DNA of 64,000 bases from a phage: the sequence record NC_135731.1, one strand, 5' to 3'. A program made the translations under genes and the position numbers. Under the pieces are notes generated by a model that worked only from the letters and a program-made list of their open reading frames with translations, was not told the DNA's origin and ran no database searches. Positions within the stretch are counted from its first letter, which is position 1; every line of letters starts with the position of its first letter. This document shows, in pieces, positions 35,658-45,538 of the stretch.

Positions 35658-36052
35658 TGGTAAGCCTATACCGTGTTGAGTATAGCTCAGATACTGTGTA
35701 CAACGTAAGAAGCAAAGATCGCAGCGACAGAGTGCAAGAAATGTATGTTCTTGCCGACAGTCCGTTATCTGCAGCGTTCAAGGCAGGGGCTCTTGCATCT
35801 CGTTGGAAATTTGAAGGCGGATCTTTCTATGAAGAAACCCTTGAAGATTCTGTTGTTATTTCTTCTGTAGAGGTTTCAGATGACTACGAAGGGAAAAAGT
35901 TCGTAATGCGGCACCCGCACAGCAACATTGCGTACTACTGGGATGTTCTTAACAACGAGTGGACCCCAGATCTTCAGAAGGCTACTGTGCTAACACCGTT
36001 TTTGGCAGATAAGTTCCCACCAGAAGGTAATTTATCCGCACTGTTTCAGTAA
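35657..36052 (+). CDS. hypothetical protein, paralog of 33450-33848
   Basis: ATGA-coupled; paralog similarity. Confidence 0.5.
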   Translation: MVSLYRVEYSSDTVYNVRSKDRSDRVQEMYVLADSPLSAAFKAGALASRWKFEGGSFYEETLEDSVVISSVEVSDDYEGKKFVMRHPHSNIAYYWDVLNNEWTPDLQKATVLTPFLADKFPPEGNLSALFQ

Positions 36053-36070
36053 TTTTCTTGCACACAGGTG

Positions 36071-36099
36071 TTGACAACGCCAACCCTGTGTGAAATAAT
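36071..36099 (+). promoter_or_regulatory. candidate promoter flanked by inverted repeat
   Basis: TTGACA-17 nt-AATAAT; CACACAGG ... CCTGTGTG inverted repeat brackets the -35. Confidence 0.4.
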
Positions 36100-36128
36100 A
36101 CCTTCATCTTAACAAGACAGGAGACCGA

Positions 36129-36389
36129 TTGATGAAGATTAAATTGAAAAACCTTGAAACGGCAGAGATTCAGGACGGTGTTGATTTCCGTTCTAAAGAT
36201 GGTGACATCTTAGAGGTAAATATTCCAACCTACGAGCTGATCAAAGGTTTTGGCAACGTCCCAGAGGAAGGTATCGCAGACGTTCTTCTAATGTTAATCG
36301 TTAGTGGGACAGTGTTCTTGGGTGAAGGTGAGAACGCTATTGCAATCCCAAGCCATTTTTATGAAGTAGTTGACGAAGAGGTGCTGTAA
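36129..36389 (+). CDS. small acidic protein, MKIK paralog family
   Basis: MMKIKLKN start, ends EVVDEEVL; AGGAGA RBS. Confidence 0.5.
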   Translation: MMKIKLKNLETAEIQDGVDFRSKDGDILEVNIPTYELIKGFGNVPEEGIADVLLMLIVSGTVFLGEGENAIAIPSHFYEVVDEEVL

Positions 36390-36740
36390 ATGAAAGTAGA
36401 AATTACTGGTTTTGATGTTAGTGTGGTTCCGGAAGATATTTTAGCTAACTTGCCGGAAGGTTTTGGTAATGGTGTTGTGGTGGATGCTGTTCCTCCTACC
36501 AAAGACATTCTGCTGCAGTATGGTGTAGCAGAGGAGGATGTCGATAAAGTTCTTACAATGATGGCAATCGATCGTGTTGTCGTTGTTAAAGGTCTCGATA
36601 ATTTTGAGAGTGATCCTCTGATTATTCGCGGGGATGACTACCGAATCATTGATAATGAAGGCCAGGAGTTCTATGAGCCTTGTGCAGAAGATATTCTTAA
36701 CTTGTTACTGGAAGCAGGCACCGCAGAGGAGAACGAATAA
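36390..36740 (+). CDS. small acidic protein, MKVEI paralog family
   Basis: MKVEITG start; tightly coupled. Confidence 0.5.
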   Translation: MKVEITGFDVSVVPEDILANLPEGFGNGVVVDAVPPTKDILLQYGVAEEDVDKVLTMMAIDRVVVVKGLDNFESDPLIIRGDDYRIIDNEGQEFYEPCAEDILNLLLEAGTAEENE

Positions 36741-37069
36741 TGAAGATTGACCAGTTACTGAAGGCTCGTGCAGAAAAAGCGTACACCATTAAGCTGACCA
36801 ACCTGGTTCCTACTTGTCATCCAGATGTAGGTTGGCCCGAAGGTTTGGTGGAGGGAACTGTAACAGCTGCATATCTTCCTAACATCAAATACCTTATGGA
36901 AATCTTGGAGCTGGATGAGGAAACGGCAGAAGAGTTCCAGTTGGACATGAAACAAAGTGGGACTCTGGTTATTCATGGGTGGTACAATACTAAAGATGCA
37001 GAAGATCCTCTGGTAACTTCTAATCTGGCATATGAAATCTTAGGGCCTTTGAACCTGGAGGAAGACTAA
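36740..37069 (+). CDS. small acidic protein (109 aa)
   Basis: ATGA-coupled ORF. Confidence 0.5.
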   Translation: MKIDQLLKARAEKAYTIKLTNLVPTCHPDVGWPEGLVEGTVTAAYLPNIKYLMEILELDEETAEEFQLDMKQSGTLVIHGWYNTKDAEDPLVTSNLAYEILGPLNLEED

Positions 37070-37356
37070 TGAAAGATCTGGTTAAGATTAAGATTAAAGA
37101 TACCAATGGAGAACTCAGCCATTTTGGAATTAATGATGGTGACGAGCTGATCGCACACCTGCCTACCAAGGAGGTTGTAAGCAAAGCAGTTGCCGGAGAA
37201 GAAGCTGCAATGCAGGCTGCAGGTGTGGATGAAAACTATGTAGCTATGTGCATGTGCCGAGATCAGGTTGTTCTGTACAAAGCGTATCGACCAAACGGAG
37301 CCACGGAGTGGCTTGTATTCCGACCCGAAGGATATGAAATCTTAGAGGCACTATGA
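37069..37356 (+). CDS. small acidic protein (95 aa)
   Basis: ATGA-coupled ORF. Confidence 0.5.
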   Translation: MKDLVKIKIKDTNGELSHFGINDGDELIAHLPTKEVVSKAVAGEEAAMQAAGVDENYVAMCMCRDQVVLYKAYRPNGATEWLVFRPEGYEILEAL

Positions 37357-37445
37357 TAAATCTTGCCAAGGTTGCAACGGCACTGTTAATTATTTGCTGG
37401 TCAGTAACCTTAACACTGTGTCTTGTATTTCAGTAAGGTGCTTGT

Positions 37446-37709
37446 ATGAACATCCTGATGTGGGTTATAGCAGTGGCGTTTGTTGCATGTTTTTGCTGCT
37501 GGGTTGCGGTGAGGATTTCTGTAGCTACCCTTCGGAAGTTGGGGTTCTCAGAATGGGATATTAATATCCTTTCTTTTCGCAATGAAACAATCTCAGCCGC
37601 CCTGCTTTGTAAGAAATTCAAGTGGGAACCTTGTGAGGTCATGAACTATCTAAGAACAGGTGATATTCCTGAAAGATTTAAAAAAGTTCTTGACGGCAAG
37701 GATAAATGA
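37446..37709 (+). CDS. hypothetical protein with N-terminal transmembrane segment
   Basis: N-terminal ILMWVIAVAFVACFCCWV. Confidence 0.45.
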   Translation: MNILMWVIAVAFVACFCCWVAVRISVATLRKLGFSEWDINILSFRNETISAALLCKKFKWEPCEVMNYLRTGDIPERFKKVLDGKDK

Positions 37710-37864
37710 CAGTATAGTGACTAACAAGAGGTGAGGAGTGACTGATTTTACTGAAGCTTTAATGATGGCCTTGTCTGTTTTAGCGCTATCGGTGTGTTTT
37801 GGGGCGTTATTCACATCTCTGGTTAAAGTTTTACATACAGTATTATTACCCAAGGAGCGCAGTA

Positions 37865-38116
37865 ATGACGAAGATTGACTTGAATGCTGGCGACCATGTT
37901 GTTGTCAAATGCATCGGAGATTATCTTGGATTCACAATCGGCAATACTTACGAGGCGGTAGTGGCGAAGGTTTATCATGATAAAGTCCTCAGTCTTGTAT
38001 TTGACTGCGATGATGATGGGGATGACCGATACGTCTGTGAGGTGCTGGCACGAGACGATAGTGAAGACCAGAAATTCCTGGTTATTGAACTGAACGGTAT
38101 TTTTGTAGAACGTTAA
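37865..38116 (+). CDS. hypothetical protein (83 aa)
   Basis: Internal ATG (MTKIDL) after AAGGAG RBS. Confidence 0.45.
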   Translation: MTKIDLNAGDHVVVKCIGDYLGFTIGNTYEAVVAKVYHDKVLSLVFDCDDDGDDRYVCEVLARDDSEDQKFLVIELNGIFVER

Positions 38117-38144
38117 TTTAAAACAACATAAGGAGACTCTTACT

Positions 38145-38450
38145 ATGGCTAAATCTAAAGTTGAACTGTTCACCTCTCTTCCTTCTGACACTGCAGAACG
38201 TGATCGCCTTCGCAAAACAATCGAAGAACTGGTGGAACTCCAGCTTCAGATTAAAGATCTGAAAGATGCCATCAAGGATATCATTCTTGTTGAGAAGCAG
38301 GATCATCTGTATTCTCCTAAATTCATCAAATCTTTGGTGGCTACAGAGTTTGATATCCGCTACGAAGCTGAAAAACGTCGCGCTAAGATTGAAGAAGAGG
38401 TTGAGCACATGTCTGAGGCAGACATTCTGTTCAAACGCTCTGTAGAATAA
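38145..38450 (+). CDS. hypothetical coiled-coil protein (101 aa)
   Basis: AAGGAGA RBS; followed by terminator hairpin. Confidence 0.5.
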   Translation: MAKSKVELFTSLPSDTAERDRLRKTIEELVELQLQIKDLKDAIKDIILVEKQDHLYSPKFIKSLVATEFDIRYEAEKRRAKIEEEVEHMSEADILFKRSVE

Positions 38451-38456
38451 TATGGC

Positions 38457-38480
38457 AGAGGGGCTACGGCCCCTCTTTCA
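38457..38480 (+). terminator. Rho-independent terminator
   Basis: AGAGGGGC-TACG-GCCCCTCT then TTTCACTATTT; lies inside the 5' end of ORF-track ORF 38452, arguing for a later start. Confidence 0.55.
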
Positions 38481-38505
38481 CTATTTGCAAAAGGAACCAG
38501 CTATG

Positions 38506-38829
38506 AGAATGCCAATCACTGTGAAAGAGCTAAATGAACGTGATGCAGGTGGTCTATGGCCTGCACGAAAAATCCGCTGCGTCTATATGAAAGAGAATCT
38601 TGAACATCTTGATCAACAGATCAAGGTCGGTGATATTTTCGAGGTCTTCTATTCCAATCGTCGCAACTGGGAAACCATTCAGCCTTCTGGTTTTGTTCTT
38701 GCCAAACTTGACACTGGAGAAGTGATTATCCCTGGGTTGGATATTGTCTTCGAAATTATCCAGGAGTGGGATCCGGATAAGATTAGATACGAAGAATTAT
38801 TCGGTAAAGGTATTATCAAACCTGTGTGA
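38506..38829 (+). CDS. hypothetical protein (107 aa)
   Basis: ATG (MRMPITV) after AAGGAA RBS, downstream of terminator. Confidence 0.45.
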   Translation, partial: RMPITVKELNERDAGGLWPARKIRCVYMKENLEHLDQQIKVGDIFEVFYSNRRNWETIQPSGFVLAKLDTGEVIIPGLDIVFEIIQEWDPDKIRYEELFGKGIIKPV

Positions 38830-39137
38830 GGTGGATTATGTCTACAAAGGCGGCTAAATACTCATATATGCCATCAACCTCTGCAGAGGTAGACTTTAGT
38901 TTCGATGTATTTCCACTGTTTGAGGTGGTTCTGGCATACCCTGCAATACTATCTACTCCTGAATCACTTGTGCCTGTTAAGTTGCAGAACGCTATGCATT
39001 CCATGCACTACAACAATAAATGTAGGCACAGATGGTGTCAGGACGAGGGAAAAGATTTGGATAGTTTGAGGGATTTTGACAGTCACCTTTTGACACCTTT
39101 CAGCTACTCCAACCTTGATAAGCCCTCATGGGTATAG
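38826..39137 (+). CDS. hypothetical protein (103 aa)
   Basis: Coupled ORF. Confidence 0.4.
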   Translation: MRWIMSTKAAKYSYMPSTSAEVDFSFDVFPLFEVVLAYPAILSTPESLVPVKLQNAMHSMHYNNKCRHRWCQDEGKDLDSLRDFDSHLLTPFSYSNLDKPSWV

Positions 39138-39160
39138 AAAATATCAAATTTAAGACACCT

Positions 39161-39190
39161 AGGACGCTCTGTGGCGTCCTTTTCTTTATC
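39161..39190 (+). terminator. Rho-independent terminator
   Basis: AGGACGC-TCTGTG-GCGTCCT followed by TTTCTTTATC. Confidence 0.65.
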
Positions 39191-39496
39191 TGGTGCACGA
39201 TTGCATACCTTGGACAGATAATCTCATTACAGAGCGTTTAAGAGCTTCCTACAAACAACTCCATATTTCGAGCGTAGCGAGAACGCACGTCCGTTTTGAC
39301 CCAAATCACCATACGCTCGGATTTTAACCAAACCCTCGCGGCGTTTCTGTTGACACATTGCCACTCTCGTGATAGTATCCACACATAGTTTGGAGAATAT
39401 GAGGTACACAATGAGAACATTGTCCGAAGTTTTGGTGGTGATCCTGATGATCATTATGTCCATAGCGGCTGTTGCCGGAATACTCACGGGTGGAAC

Positions 39497-39709
39497 ATGA
39501 TAAACACACATGCATCTGAAGATACATCCAAAGGAGTGACTATATGTCCCTTGGCTGAGCCAGTGAAAGAGGAAAACTTCGATTCTGAAGATTCTCCATC
39601 TTCGCTCCAGGTAGATCCTGAGGCTGACGACCTAACGTGGGAAGACATCGTAGATATCTGGTTCTCTATTATGCCTGAGCACGAAGAGTTCAGGGGTGGT
39701 AGACTATGA
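39497..39709 (+). CDS. hypothetical acidic protein (70 aa)
   Basis: ATGA overlap with preceding 29-aa membrane peptide ORF (39411-39500). Confidence 0.35.
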   Translation: MINTHASEDTSKGVTICPLAEPVKEENFDSEDSPSSLQVDPEADDLTWEDIVDIWFSIMPEHEEFRGGRL

Positions 39710-39830
39710 AGCACCGAGCCCACACAGGTTCCTCATGCTAAAGCATGGCCTGAAGAGGCAAACGTGTATAATTCTAGCGTATTGGAACGTATAAAACCCT
39801 GTTCACACTCTCATTCCCAGAGGAGATTTC

Positions 39831-40046
39831 ATGAAGATAGAAATATTTGGTGGAGCTGACAACACTCGTGGCCTGATTTACCTTGAATTCGATGAATCAT
39901 ACCTGCCAGAGGTGTTAAATATAGACTCTGTTGCTGAGGCTTTGGGAGTAAACCCTAAAGAACTTCACTCTTGTGCTGAGATTGATGGTTGGGAGGAGAC
40001 CATGAACATCGATTTTAGTGAAGTAGGGGATGAACCACTGGACTGA
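39831..40046 (+). CDS. small acidic protein, MKIEI paralog family
   Basis: MKIEIFGG start; last + strand gene before non-coding hub. Confidence 0.5.
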   Translation: MKIEIFGGADNTRGLIYLEFDESYLPEVLNIDSVAEALGVNPKELHSCAEIDGWEETMNIDFSEVGDEPLD

Positions 40047-40395
40047 CACACAATTAGCTGCCTGGCTAAAGTGCTGGAGCACCTATAGCACATCTTTCAA
40101 CTAAATTTCCTACCACCACAATCACTTACCTCCCACACATGACTGTTTGCTTGTTTAGTGAGCAGTCATGCCTTGACATTCTTGTCTATCCTGATAAAAT
40201 TAAGTTCTTCTCTTTTCTTTTACCGAGTAATTCGGGTTTTCTGTTCTCTTCGGTTTGAAGGGGTATGGAGATACACCTGAGTGAACAGGGTGAACAACCG
40301 AACCATTGGCTATGGCATTAGCATGGCGAAGCGGACGGGTGACGAAAGAGGGGCCGGAGGACACTAGTCACTGCCATATGATATATGGGTGATAA

Positions 40396-40958
40396 CCTGA
40401 AGAGTCTGAATAAGTGTTTAAGTACCAGTCAGAGGAAAAGGTGAATGGTAGCCGAAGGGGGAGGGGGGTTTCTTGTATCTTTAATTTGTATATTATGCAT
40501 ACACTTGTAAACCAATCTCATCTGAATCTGTTTACCACACAAAGTGGATTGAGACAAATATTACCTATTAAACCTGAATTATTTATAGAAAATACCACAA
40601 CACCACTTAAGTCTTTGATTTTACACATAAATCCTACAGATATTCACCCTCCATATTTAACATACTTGTAACATATCCCATACTCTACCTGTCTGATCAA
40701 TTTCCCCAACCACATCCCCATATTTTCCCTTCCTGTACTACCCCTGCCCCGCCGGGAGTCCCGTCATATCTGGCTTTCCAGCAAATATCACACCCACAAA
40801 TATCATTGCCTGAAGAGGGTTTCATCCCATAATACATGCCTTACCTGAAGAGCGCTTCATATACCCCGTAAATTTTTTAATTGACCCCCCTCCCCGCCGC
40901 CGGAGAGGTTGGCTTTTCCCACACAGACCTGAAGAGTCAGCCAGAAATATCTGAAGAG
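40396..40958. repeat. five dispersed YCTGAAGAG direct repeats
   Basis: Copies at 40396, 40809, 40844, 40928, 40950 in non-coding DNA. Confidence 0.6.
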
Positions 40959-41240
40959 GGTCCAGTTCTACCCTGTCAGGAGCCGGTAGCGACTGGAGTG
41001 CTGCCAGGCGGACGAAATGGGAATACTTCTCATTCTTATAACAATTCTCAAATATCGAGGCAGTGAGGCAAATTAATAGGTTAGGCCGTTCACACAGTGG
41101 CACAACATTTGCAACCTATCTTGTGGGAGTGAATGAGAATACCTATCATTGTGAGAATAGTTATCATTACGGGCAATTTAACATAATACCCATTATGCGC
41201 ACCACTGGCGATACATACAGGGATTGATAACATGAGTTAC

Positions 41241-42102
41241 TGTTTACACACATAACAATTATATTTCTTACTATTTGTGTGGGATATAGTTAGCAGCCGA
41301 TAGATTAGATATTGACCTGCGGACTTCTGACCATCTAGACGTCTAAACGCCCACACAACAAGGCTTATACATACATCGCTGAATGTAAACAGGGCCGCAA
41401 AAATGCTACCATACAAGCTTGTAAATTTTTCATGCAGCACTTGACAAAGAGGAGAAAAACTTGTCTGACACAATATGACTTAATTGCCACAACATGACAC
41501 TTTTGCACACCTGATTGTTTGCATATCTAATAGTTTACATGGATAACTGTTCACATACTTATCATTTACATGATTGACTGTTTACACAGAGATGATAAGC
41601 CATGCCATTCGTTTGCATGATAACAATTAACCAGTTTACAATTAACAAGTTAATAATCTTTCGCTGGCTATGCCAGGTGACTAGGTCACCCCTTCAGGTG
41701 TTTCTATGACATAATATAAAAGCAGGGCAACTATTAGCAGATCTATAGTTGCCTTGCTTGTCATGTCATGATTAACTAAATACAAGGCAACTATGATCTG
41801 ATTAATAGTTTGCAGACAAACTATCACGGGGGTGATGGTTACTGCTTTTATATTATGTCGCGACTCCGTCGCGCCATGCCATTCGTTTGCATAGTTGCCT
41901 TATTGTTACGAATAAAACAATTGCATTGTTAATGATTTCTTATCTTTCTCTTAGTCATCTAATGATTCCAGTCAGTATAGTAATGTACAGTAAACATTAG
42001 ACGACTAAAGATTTCTCTGTTTATTATAACTTACCGTTACAATTTCGGACTGTTTACCAAGAATGTTGACACATAAGCTGATTTATGTTATGCAGTTTAC
42101 AC
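41241..42102. repeat. iteron cluster, at least 8 copies of GTTTACA-type motif
   Basis: Copies at 41241, 41534, 41548, 41565, 41580, 41633, 42051, 42095; plus duplicated CCATGCCATTCGTTTGCAT at 41590 and 41864. Confidence 0.6.
41656..41839. repeat. nested palindrome / cruciform-capable region
   Basis: 18-bp perfect inverted repeat GACATAATATAAAAGCAG (41688-41705 and 41822-41839) enclosing palindrome GGCAACTAT...ATAGTTGCC (41706-41733); GGTGAC-TAG-GTCACC at 41656. Confidence 0.65.
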
Positions 42103-42517
42103 GAATAATTATTTTATGCAGGTATTGACTATTCCGTTATTCCATGGTTGGAATAAATACTTAGCAGACTATAGAATGGTGAGCGTACGTAAATTCTGAG
42201 ATCTGGCGGCTATAGTTATACTCGATTTTTCACGTAGAACACGCTTTTGTGAGTGTGTAAGTGTATGACTTATAAAGATTTTTAGTTGTTGACAAGATAT
42301 TGAAGATGTGCATCAGGTTAAATTTTGTGCAATAGCGGCATTACGTGCAATCTTGAGAGAGAAAACGGGTAAAAATGGCCCTGCTACCACACAATGAAAA
42401 ATTATGCAATAGTTATTTTACATGTATGTTTGTACAGTGTGTGGGATTGATGGCTAGTCAATTATTCCACTTGCCAGGCTGGGCCGTTTGTGGTAGGAGA
42501 AATACAGACAAAAAGAA

Positions 42518-42537
42518 AGGGGCCTTTTAAAGCCCCT
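42518..42537 (-). terminator. Rho-independent terminator for minus-strand block
   Basis: AGGGGC...GCCCCT hairpin followed on minus strand by TTCTTTTTGTC. Confidence 0.55.
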
Positions 42538-42555
42538 GATAGTTTAGTTAAGAAA

Positions 42556-42975
42556 TTATAATGATTCGTATATTTCATAGATTCGATTTGCCAGGTCGTT
42601 ACGGTAGCGGAATTTTTCCTCACGTTTGATCATCAGATCTTTAAAGCCATATTCTTTAAGCACTTCATTAACTTTATGGCGGCATACCTTCATATTATCC
42701 TGTGCGTCACCAATAAACCTGTTGCTATGGTGCATGGCTTTAATTTCTTCTTCCAGGACCAGGGCAACTATGCGGACCGGATCAAGCTGATAGGCGGTAA
42801 CATCAATGCGGCATTGTAAACGGCTTTTTACGTCTGCCACCGGATATACTGCAACCTCTTCCCCGTCAACATTGACAATAATTAGTTTACCATCGATTTC
42901 GAATCCTTTCGCCGCCGGACCGTGACAAAAAGCGTTATCAAAGCTATATGCCGGATTATTAGATTTAATGTTCAT
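42556..42975 (-). CDS. hypothetical protein (139 aa)
   Basis: ORF with GAGG RBS; sigma70-type promoter upstream. Confidence 0.55.
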   Translation of the reverse strand: MNIKSNNPAYSFDNAFCHGPAAKGFEIDGKLIIVNVDGEEVAVYPVADVKSRLQCRIDVTAYQLDPVRIVALVLEEEIKAMHHSNRFIGDAQDNMKVCRHKVNEVLKEYGFKDLMIKREEKFRYRNDLANRIYEIYESL

Positions 42976-43024
42976 GGTGTTTTTACCTCTTAGTTAATTT
43001 TCTTACAACTTCCCTTCAAAAAAG

Positions 43025-43053
43025 AATATAGCAAAACTGCCGATCCTTGTCAA
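43025..43053 (-). promoter_or_regulatory. sigma70-type promoter (minus strand)
   Basis: TTGACA-17 nt-TATATT on minus strand. Confidence 0.5.
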
Positions 43054-43120
43054 CCAAGGATAGCATAATTTTTATGTGATCAAGGGGCTTTATTGCCCCC
43101 TGATCGTGCAACTTGTTGTA

Positions 43121-43384
43121 TTATTTGTTGCTCATCCAGTTTTCCCAGGCTGCCTGATAATCTGCCTCACTGCGGCGGATCTCTTCTTGCTCTTCAAGTC
43201 GGATCTCTTCTTCCAGGTACCCCAAGATATCGGCTTTTTTGGTCTGGCGTAACATCCAATCATCTTTTTTACGGGTAAAGATCTTGTACGCTTTCTCGCA
43301 AACCTCTTTTTTGCTACCTTTTTGGACTTCAAGAACTTTGTAGGCCATGTACTGAACTAGTTTAAGCTGATCAAGACGTTTCAT
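43121..43384 (-). CDS. hypothetical charged protein (87 aa)
   Basis: ORF with AAGAGG RBS. Confidence 0.5.
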   Translation of the reverse strand: MKRLDQLKLVQYMAYKVLEVQKGSKKEVCEKAYKIFTRKKDDWMLRQTKKADILGYLEEEIRLEEQEEIRRSEADYQAAWENWMSNK

Positions 43385-43444
43385 GATGTTTACCTCTTTG
43401 TGTGGTTCTGATTAGTGGGCCTCCCGGCCCGTGTCATTATCTTA

Positions 43445-43717
43445 TTACTTACGGCGGCAGAATTCAAGCGTTTTTAATTGATAATCTTCCTCAGCCTGGA
43501 GTACAACCGCCTCGATCATTTCGTTGGCATTGTTGAAGCCATACCCTTTAGCGAACTCGTCCGCACCACCTTCGTGATCATGTTCTGCGTTCATCGCTTC
43601 CACAAAATGGAATTCCAAATTGTTGAGGTAGGGGCTTGATGTGCCGTCTTCTTTTTCGATGAGATCCCAAATAGCATTAAAACGTGATTCGACTTCTTGA
43701 TTAATCCAGCTTGACAT
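43445..43717 (-). CDS. hypothetical acidic protein (90 aa)
   Basis: ORF with GAGAGG RBS; promoter/hairpin element in 5' UTR. Confidence 0.5.
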   Translation of the reverse strand: MSSWINQEVESRFNAIWDLIEKEDGTSSPYLNNLEFHFVEAMNAEHDHEGGADEFAKGYGFNNANEMIEAVVLQAEEDYQLKTLEFCRRK

Positions 43718-43825
43718 AGTGTTTTCCTCTCTTCTGGTTGTTGTGTGGGCACCTTTGCCCCTTCAAGATAAATGTTACCCCACCCCCCTGGCAGATGTCA
43801 ACGGTTTTTATAGTTCTTATATGAC

Positions 43826-43906
43826 AGGCAGGCCCGGTGATTGTCTCCCCCTGTTCCCAAGTGCCGCCCGTTTAATAAGAATAGCAAAAGGGGCCGAACA
43901 AGTCAA
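43826..43906 (-). promoter_or_regulatory. promoter plus conserved GC-rich hairpin leader (copy A)
   Basis: TTGACT-17 nt-TATTCT (43878-43906) followed by GGGAGACAATCACCGGGCCTGCC core (43826-43852); homologous to copies at 52847 and 52983. Confidence 0.5.
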
Positions 43907-43935
43907 CCCCAAAATCAGTACCAAAACACTTTTAT

Positions 43936-44247
43936 TTATACGGTCCGATCATTGGCCTTTGTCCAGGACCTGGCGATCCGTTTCCCGGTCACCTGGAACG
44001 GAGGCTGCATTGTGTGTAATGAGTCCAGAGTAAGGGAGGACCGTTTACGGCGTATCTTCAGGATCGCCAATGTATTGTCCATCTCACGGCCAGGTCCTGG
44101 GCGGTATGGTGTGCCTCCAGCGTTAAGGTTGATGATCTCATGTATTGAGATCCGGCGTTGTTTTGCTTCCGCATCTTTGAAGATAGCCAGCGGAGGCGCT
44201 ATGCGTTGCCGATACCAATCTAAAACGGTTGGCGTAATAGCGATCAT
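43936..44247 (-). CDS. hypothetical protein (103 aa), doubtful
   Basis: ATGA-coupled to upstream gene but 3' half overlaps GC-rich repeat-like DNA. Confidence 0.3.
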   Translation of the reverse strand: MIAITPTVLDWYRQRIAPPLAIFKDAEAKQRRISIHEIINLNAGGTPYRPGPGREMDNTLAILKIRRKRSSLTLDSLHTMQPPFQVTGKRIARSWTKANDRTV

Positions 44248-44435
44248 ATTTTACCCCCTATGTAGTCCGGTCGGTTTTTCTCTGTCATACGCTTAAGCAA
44301 TTCTTGCATGTTGCTTATGGCTTGTAGTGTATCCTCTTCAAGGGATGAATCAAGATAATCAGGATCATTCTTCACCTTGCAATGATTATGATAACGCAGT
44401 ACCGCCAGTACTTTTTTAACTTCTTCCGCTGTCAT
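44244..44435 (-). CDS. hypothetical protein (63 aa)
   Basis: ORF. Confidence 0.4.
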   Translation of the reverse strand: MTAEEVKKVLAVLRYHNHCKVKNDPDYLDSSLEEDTLQAISNMQELLKRMTEKNRPDYIGGKI

Positions 44436-44580
44436 TATCGCGCCTAAAACAATGAGTTAATATATAACACCAGATCGCTGACTACCAGGACAACATTAAT
44501 CAGCACATACCTAACCATAAAGGGAAAGATCGCCAGCATTGCCGCCACGATCCCCATGGTAATAATTATCTTTCTTATGG

Positions 44581-44865
44581 TTAACGGTTCACGTAAGTTT
44601 TCCCGTTCACGGTTATGGGCAGATCCTCCAGGTCTGGATCTTCCTTAAGGTCGCGAGCAAGCTCACCGCACCGGATACCCTCGAATCCGTAGTACTCTGT
44701 TGTGCCGTCCTTAAAAGTTTTAGCGGCAAGGCATAAGCGATAAGTAACCCCGATTTGATTGACGGCATGAATATCCGTTAGATTAACCTCTTTTGCCAGC
44801 TCTTTAGCCATTACAGGCGCATTAAGTCCAACAACCAGGGTAACCACTGCGATCATCTTTTTCAT
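44581..44865 (-). CDS. small secreted protein with signal peptide (94 aa)
   Basis: N-terminal MKKMIAVVTLVVGLNAPVMA signal-like sequence; AAGAGG RBS. Confidence 0.55.
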   Translation of the reverse strand: MKKMIAVVTLVVGLNAPVMAKELAKEVNLTDIHAVNQIGVTYRLCLAAKTFKDGTTEYYGFEGIRCGELARDLKEDPDLEDLPITVNGKTYVNR

Positions 44866-44956
44866 TGTGTCTATCCTCTTTCTGCTACGTTTAAGGCGGC
44901 GGTAACCGCCTGTTTATGCTTTGTTGGTTAATTTTCAGGTATCTGTATAAATTAAA

Positions 44957-45277
44957 CTATGCTGTACGCTCAACTATAACAACGGTTTGGGGGATCTCCC
45001 CTTCCACCACTAGTAAGGCCTTTTTCTGCGTGATAGATATCTTTACCCGTTGCAGCGTGGCGGTGAAGTCTTTCATTTCGTCACGCGGTGTTTTAGTGCA
45101 GTACCAGATCTCAGGCTTGCCGATCTGTAAGTTGCGTAAAAATTCCGTTTTGCCTGTTTTGTTTTTGTAACCGTTATAACCTTTATTGCTTTTCATGGTG
45201 TTTACCTCTTCTTTGTTCCAGGTGGCGGACCATTCCACCGCCTTATGTATTATGCTTTGTAAGATGGCTGTTGTCAA
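44957..45277 (-). CDS. hypothetical lysine-rich protein
   Basis: ORF; start uncertain (internal MKSNKGY possible). Confidence 0.4.
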   Translation of the reverse strand: MTTAILQSIIHKAVEWSATWNKEEVNTMKSNKGYNGYKNKTGKTEFLRNLQIGKPEIWYCTKTPRDEMKDFTATLQRVKISITQKKALLVVEGEIPQTVVIVERTA

Positions 45278-45538
45278 ACTATTTTAACGATAATCATCGT
45301 ACGCTTTATTAACCTGGCGGATATAACATTCAAAAGCCAGATCAATAGATTTATATTCACGGCTATACTCACCATAGGAAACCACATACATTTCTATAGC
45401 TTCCTCATATGCGAGGAGAATAGAATCTAAGCCTACGATCTCGGTCTTTGCAATAATAGCCATGATTTTTATCCTCTTTGTGGTTGGTGGGGCTTGTTGC
45501 TCCCTTTGATTTATATATTACAGTTTTATATGGTCATG

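Noticed and set aside
38452-38505. ORF-track start at 38452 for the 125-aa ORF
   Set aside because: The first codons form the terminator hairpin of the upstream gene; a start at 38506 with an RBS is preferred.
40414-41473. ORFs 40414-40671 (+), 40822-41103 (-), 40881-41066 (+) and 41237-41473 (-) in the convergent hub
   Set aside because: No RBS, low-complexity or repeat-derived translations, and they overlap the direct repeats and iterons; treated as non-coding.
43719-44296. Plus-strand ORFs 43719-44033 and 43841-44296, and minus-strand ORF 52775-53053
   Set aside because: They share the peptide TGRPGDCLP only because they traverse the same GC-rich nucleotide repeat; opposite to local gene orientation and without RBS.
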